Below, piece by piece: positions 60,601 to 64,000 of a stretch of 64,000 nucleotides of DNA. Source of the stretch: Chiloscyllium plagiosum (lineage: Eukaryota); contig NC_057725.1 in assembly GCF_004010195.1 (NCBI RefSeq), forward strand, positions 68,678,890-68,742,889. Reading direction: 5' to 3'. The notes below the pieces were generated by a model. The model saw only the letters and a program-made list of their open reading frames with translations, did not search any database and was not told the DNA's origin. The position numbers were made by a program, and so were the translations under genes. Position 1 is the stretch's first letter. Each line of letters begins with the position of its first letter.

Positions 60601-63296
60601 TCCAGCAACACATTTTCAGCAAGAATTTTCAAAAGTTGATTGGGAACAGATGCTTGCAGGTAAAGGAATGGCTGGAAAATGGGAAGCCTTCAGAAATGAG
60701 ATAACGAGAGTCCAGAGAAAGTATATTCCTCTTAGGGTGAAAGGAAAGGCTGATAGGTATAGGGAATGCTGGATGACTAAAGAAATTGAGGTTTTGGTTA
60801 AGAAAAAGAAGGAAGCATATGTCAGGTATAGACAGGAGAGATCAAGTGAATCCTTAGAATAGTGTAAAGGCAGTAGGAGTATACTTAAGAGAGATATGGA
60901 GAGGGCAAAAAGGGAACATGAGTTGGCTTTGGCAAATAGGGTTAAGAAGAATTCAGAGGGATTTTACAAATATATTAAGGACAAAGGGTAACTAGGGAGA
61001 GAATAGGGTCCCTCAAAAATCAGCAAGGAACCACAGGAGATGGGGGAGATACTAAACGAGTATTTTGCATCAGTGTTTACTGTGGAGAAGGACATGGAAG
61101 ATATAGAATGTAGGGAAATAGATGGTGACATCTTGGAAAGTGTCCATATTACAGAGGAGGGTGTGCTGGATGTCTTGAAATGCATAAAAGTGGATAAATC
61201 CCCAGGACCTGATCAGGTGTACCCTAGAACTCTATGGAAAGATAGAGAAGTGATTGCTGGGCCTCTTACTGAGATATTTGTATCATTGATAGTCACAGGT
61301 GAGGTGCCGGAAGACTAGAGGTTGGCTAACGTGGTGCCACTGTTTAAGAAAGGTGGTAAGGAAAAGCCAGGGAATTATAGACCAGTGAGCCTGACATTGG
61401 TGGTGGGCAAGTTGTCGGAGGGAGTCCTGAGGGACAGGATTTAGATGCATTTGGAAAGGCAGGGACTGATTCGGGATAGTCAACATGGCTTTGTCCGTGG
61501 AAGATCATGTCTTACAAACTTGATTGAGTCTTTTGAAGAAGTAACAAAGTGGATTGAGGAGGGCAGAGTGGTAGGCGTGATCTATATAGACTACTAAGGT
61601 ATTTGATAATGTTCCCCATGGGAAACTGATTAGCAAGGTTAGATCTCATGGAATACAGGGAGAAAAAGCAATTTGGATACAGAACTGGCTCGAAGGTAGA
61701 AGATAGAGGGTGGGTGGAGGGTTGCTTTTCAGACTGGAGGTCTGTGACCACAAAGATTGGTGCTGGGTCCTCTACTTTTCGTCATTTATATCAATGATTT
61801 TGATGTGAGGTATAGTTAGTAAGTTTGAAGATGACACCAAATTTGGAGGTGTAGTGGACAGCGAAGAAGGTTACCTCAGATTACAATGGTATTGTGATCA
61901 GATGGGCCAATGGGCTGAGGAGTGACAGATGGAATTTAATTTAGGTAAATGCGAGATGCTGCATTTTGGAAAAGCAAATCAGAGCAGGACTTATACACTT
62001 AATCGTAAGGTCCTAGGGAGTGTTGCTGAAGAAAGAGACCTTGGAGTGTAGGTTTATAGTTCCTTGAAAGTGGAGTCGCAGGCAGATAGGATAGTGAAGA
62101 AGGCGTTTGGTATGCTTTCCTTTATTCATTAGAGTATTGAGTACAGGAGTTGGGAGGTCATGTTGTGGCTGCACAGGACATTGGTTAGGCCACTTTTCGA
62201 TATTGTATGCAATTCTGGTCTCCTTCCTATTGGAAAGATGTTGTAAGACATGAAAGGGTTCAGAAAAGATTTACAAGGATGTTGCCAGGGTTGGAGGATT
62301 TGAGCTATAGGGAGAGGTTGAATAAGCTGGGGCTGTTTTCCCTGGAGCATCGGAGGCTGAGGGGTGACCTTATAGAGGTTTACAAAATCATGAGGGGTAT
62401 GGATAGGATAAATAGACAAAGTCTCTTCTCTGGTGTGGGGGAAGTCCAGAACTAGAGGGCATAGGTTCAGGGTGAGAGGGGAAAGATATAAAAGTGACCT
62501 AAGGGGCAACTTTTTCACGCAGAGGGTGGTACGTGTGTGCAATGGGCTGCTAGAGGAAGTGGTGGAGGCTGGTACGATTTCAACATTTAAAAGGGATCTG
62601 GATGGGTATATGAATAGGGAGGGTTTAGAGAGATAGTTTGTCAAGTGCTGGCAAATGGGACTAGATTAGGTTGGGATATTAGTCGGCATGGACGTGTTGG
62701 ACAAAAGGATCTGTTTCTGTGCTGCACTTCTCTCTAACTCTATGATTCTATGAATGTGTTTAAACACTAATTCATAAGGTAAGCAGAACACAGTATTGTC
62801 TAGCCTGTGCTATAGAGAGAGCCATAAAATTACTGTTGAGCTTGTCACCTAGAATATACTTTAGCAAGGTTCAAAGTAACAGTATGTGTCGTCAGATTGA
62901 AACCGAAACTATCTGCACTTTACACTGGAATACTGTACCCCATTCGGAAGAAGCGTTGCTGGACCCGAAACTTTAACTCTGATTTCTCTCCATAGATGAT
63001 GCCAGACCTGTTGAGCTTTTCCAACAATTTCTGTTTTTTATTTGATTTCCAGCATCCATTGTTCTTTCAGTTTTTATTGGAACACTTTTACTGGATTCAC
63101 TCACTCGGCTCACTCTCATTTCGTTGAAGGGAATGAGAGTTCAAGGTTTCTACAACAGGAAACACTTTAGCAGCTTATCAATGATCAGGCTACATTGTGA
63201 ATCTCTGACCTTTATTTCCACAGTGTATGTCAAATATCATCTTCTGTCCGATTACTCCTATGGGCTGCTTCTCTCGTTCTCTGACAGAGTACCGCT
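45644..63296 (-). CDS. 3' coding exons of an upstream gene encoding a low-complexity Ser/Arg-rich C-terminal tail; possibly AGBL2/CCP2 by synteny only
   Basis: Exons 63296-63210, 58249-58198, 57402-57206, 54627-54537, 48102-47932 and 46082-45644 (stop) are AG/GT bounded with matching phases (1-1, 1-2, 2-1, 1-2, 2-2, 2-stop) and no internal stop. No recognisable domain. The 63 kb exon has a weak acceptor. Confidence 0.62.
46695..47905 (-). mobile_element. Penelope-like retroelement, 5'-truncated (RT C-terminus, GIY-YIG start, terminal repeat)
   Basis: YIDDCIGA/YTDDCIGA, FYKPTDSHSNLDY, CHRRNCKTC...IIYCIR; terminal segment with CTGATGA...GAAA core. Confidence 0.9.
46753..46790 (-). ncRNA. Candidate minimal hammerhead ribozyme in the Penelope terminal repeat
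   Basis: Minus strand CUGAUGA-a-gggc-uuuu-gccc-GAAA-cguug: conserved cores, 4-bp stem II and palindromic short stem III. Confidence 0.6.
49976..50597 (+). mobile_element. Solo LTR of the same family as the 16802 Gypsy element
   Basis: TG...CA ends, 5-bp duplication CTAGG, blocks shared with 16802-17425 (acacttgt.caatgaaaggg.agtggccagttctccc; gttaggg.c.gggctactt.cttgaaatg). Confidence 0.9.
51940..53348 (+). mobile_element. Solo LTR of a second family with a nested poly(A) element
   Basis: TGTTGCGA...TCACAACA inverted ends; flanks gtag/gttag; splits the CR1 GVPQGSV|LGP motif. Confidence 0.78.
52234..52808 (+). mobile_element. Short poly(A)-tailed retroposon in tandem arrangement (spans a gap)
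   Basis: Unit ends in hairpin cactaccgcacttaggtggtagtg plus A-rich tail, seen twice; 14-bp duplication tgtaaaaaggaagg (52220-52233 / 52809-52822). Confidence 0.7.
54740..55030 (-). mobile_element. CR1 3' end fragment
   Basis: Reverse complement of the FKIEMR..F...LWNSLP tail and gatcagccatg 3' UTR. Confidence 0.75.
55045..55620 (+). mobile_element. Old Penelope GIY-YIG C-terminus and 3' flank
   Basis: LEEQHLIFRLGTLQPSGLNTEF followed by pyrimidine-rich UTR. Confidence 0.75.
55625..56875 (-). mobile_element. CR1 RT fragment
   Basis: VPEDWRMANV, GVPQGSVLVPLLF, FADETKVGG. Confidence 0.9.
59299..62755 (+). mobile_element. CR1 LINE ORF2 with rearranged 5' end and a nested Penelope-derived insertion
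   Basis: ELRNKKGMITLLGVYYRSPN through RGNFFTQRVV; tail ctatgattctatga; inverted block at ~59708-60080. Confidence 0.9.
60361..60618. mobile_element. Penelope-derived inverted-repeat insertion with hammerhead-like core
   Basis: Inverted terminal segments; 16-bp duplication gcaagaattttcaaaa (60345-60360 / 60619-60634). Confidence 0.83.
62940..63078 (+). mobile_element. Degraded Penelope-type terminal repeat (similar remnants at ~2270-2345, ~14525-14605, ~29280-29402)
   Basis: gaagaa...ggacccgaaac...gccagacctgttgagcttttcca...ccagcatc pattern. Confidence 0.55.
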
Positions 63297-63404
63297 CTAG
63301 AGACAGTGCTCTCGATAACATCTCTCTCCACATCCATCAAATACACATTCTGGGCTTTGATTCACTTTTAGCCAAATAATTAACGTCTGTAATGTTAGTG
63401 ATTC

Positions 63405-63945
63405 TATAAGCTGAGAGTCATTTTGGGCCCTATCCCTCAGGAAAGGTGTACTGGCCCTGGAGCGGGTCCAGAGGAGGTTCGTGAGAATGATCCCAGGGGT
63501 GAAAGGCTTAACATATGAGGAATGTTTGAGGTCTCTGGGTCTATACTCAATGGAATTTAGAAGGAAAAGGGGGGATCTGATTGAAACTTTCAGAACATTG
63601 AACAGCCTGGACAGAATCGACATTGGGAAGATGTTTTAATTAGCAGGAGAGACTAGGACCTGAGGGCACAGCCTCAGAGTAAAGGGAAGACCCTTTAGAA
63701 TAGAAATGAGGAAAAGCATCTTCAGCCAGAGAGTGGTGAATTTATGGAATTCACTGCCACAGAAGGCTGTGGAGGCCAGCTCATTGAGTATATTTAAGGC
63801 AGAGATAAGTAGGTTCTTGATTGTCAAGGGGATGACAGATTACGGGGAGAAAGCGGGTGACTGGGGCTGAGAAACCTATCAGCCATGATTGAATGGCAGA
63901 GCAGGCTCAGTGAGCTCAATGGTCAAATTTCTGCTCCTTAGTCAG
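63405..63945 (+). mobile_element. CR1 3' end fragment
   Basis: LALERVQRRF..MIPGVKGLTYEE, GHSLRVKGRPF, atcagccatgattgaatgg tail. Confidence 0.88.
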
Positions 63946-64000
63946 TCCCTCTCTGTGACAGCTGACTGTTTCGCTTGAATGCAATATCCACCCTTCCGTA

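Overview
Eukaryotic, repeat-rich vertebrate DNA with scaffold gaps; HE1-type tRNA-derived SINEs and dense CR1 LINEs point to a cartilaginous fish (shark). Three host genes are readable. (1) MTCH2 on the minus strand: 11 internal coding exons (29073 to 5569) with GT-AG sites that splice in one open frame; the first and last exons were not found. (2) An intact single-exon secreted phospholipase A2 with group X-like features on the plus strand (33011-33559), probably nested antisense in MTCH2 intron 1. (3) Six phase-compatible 3' exons of an upstream minus-strand gene (63296 to 45644), possibly AGBL2 by synteny only. The rest is mostly nested transposons: CR1 LINEs, a Gmr1-type Gypsy element with integrase before RT, solo LTRs, HE1 SINEs, Penelope fragments with hammerhead-ribozyme cores, a MITE and tandem repeats. 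The most notable observations are the intronless sPLA2 and two independent insertions of one LTR family within 7 nt of the same codon position in two different CR1 copies. All calls come from reading the sequence; no searches were run.
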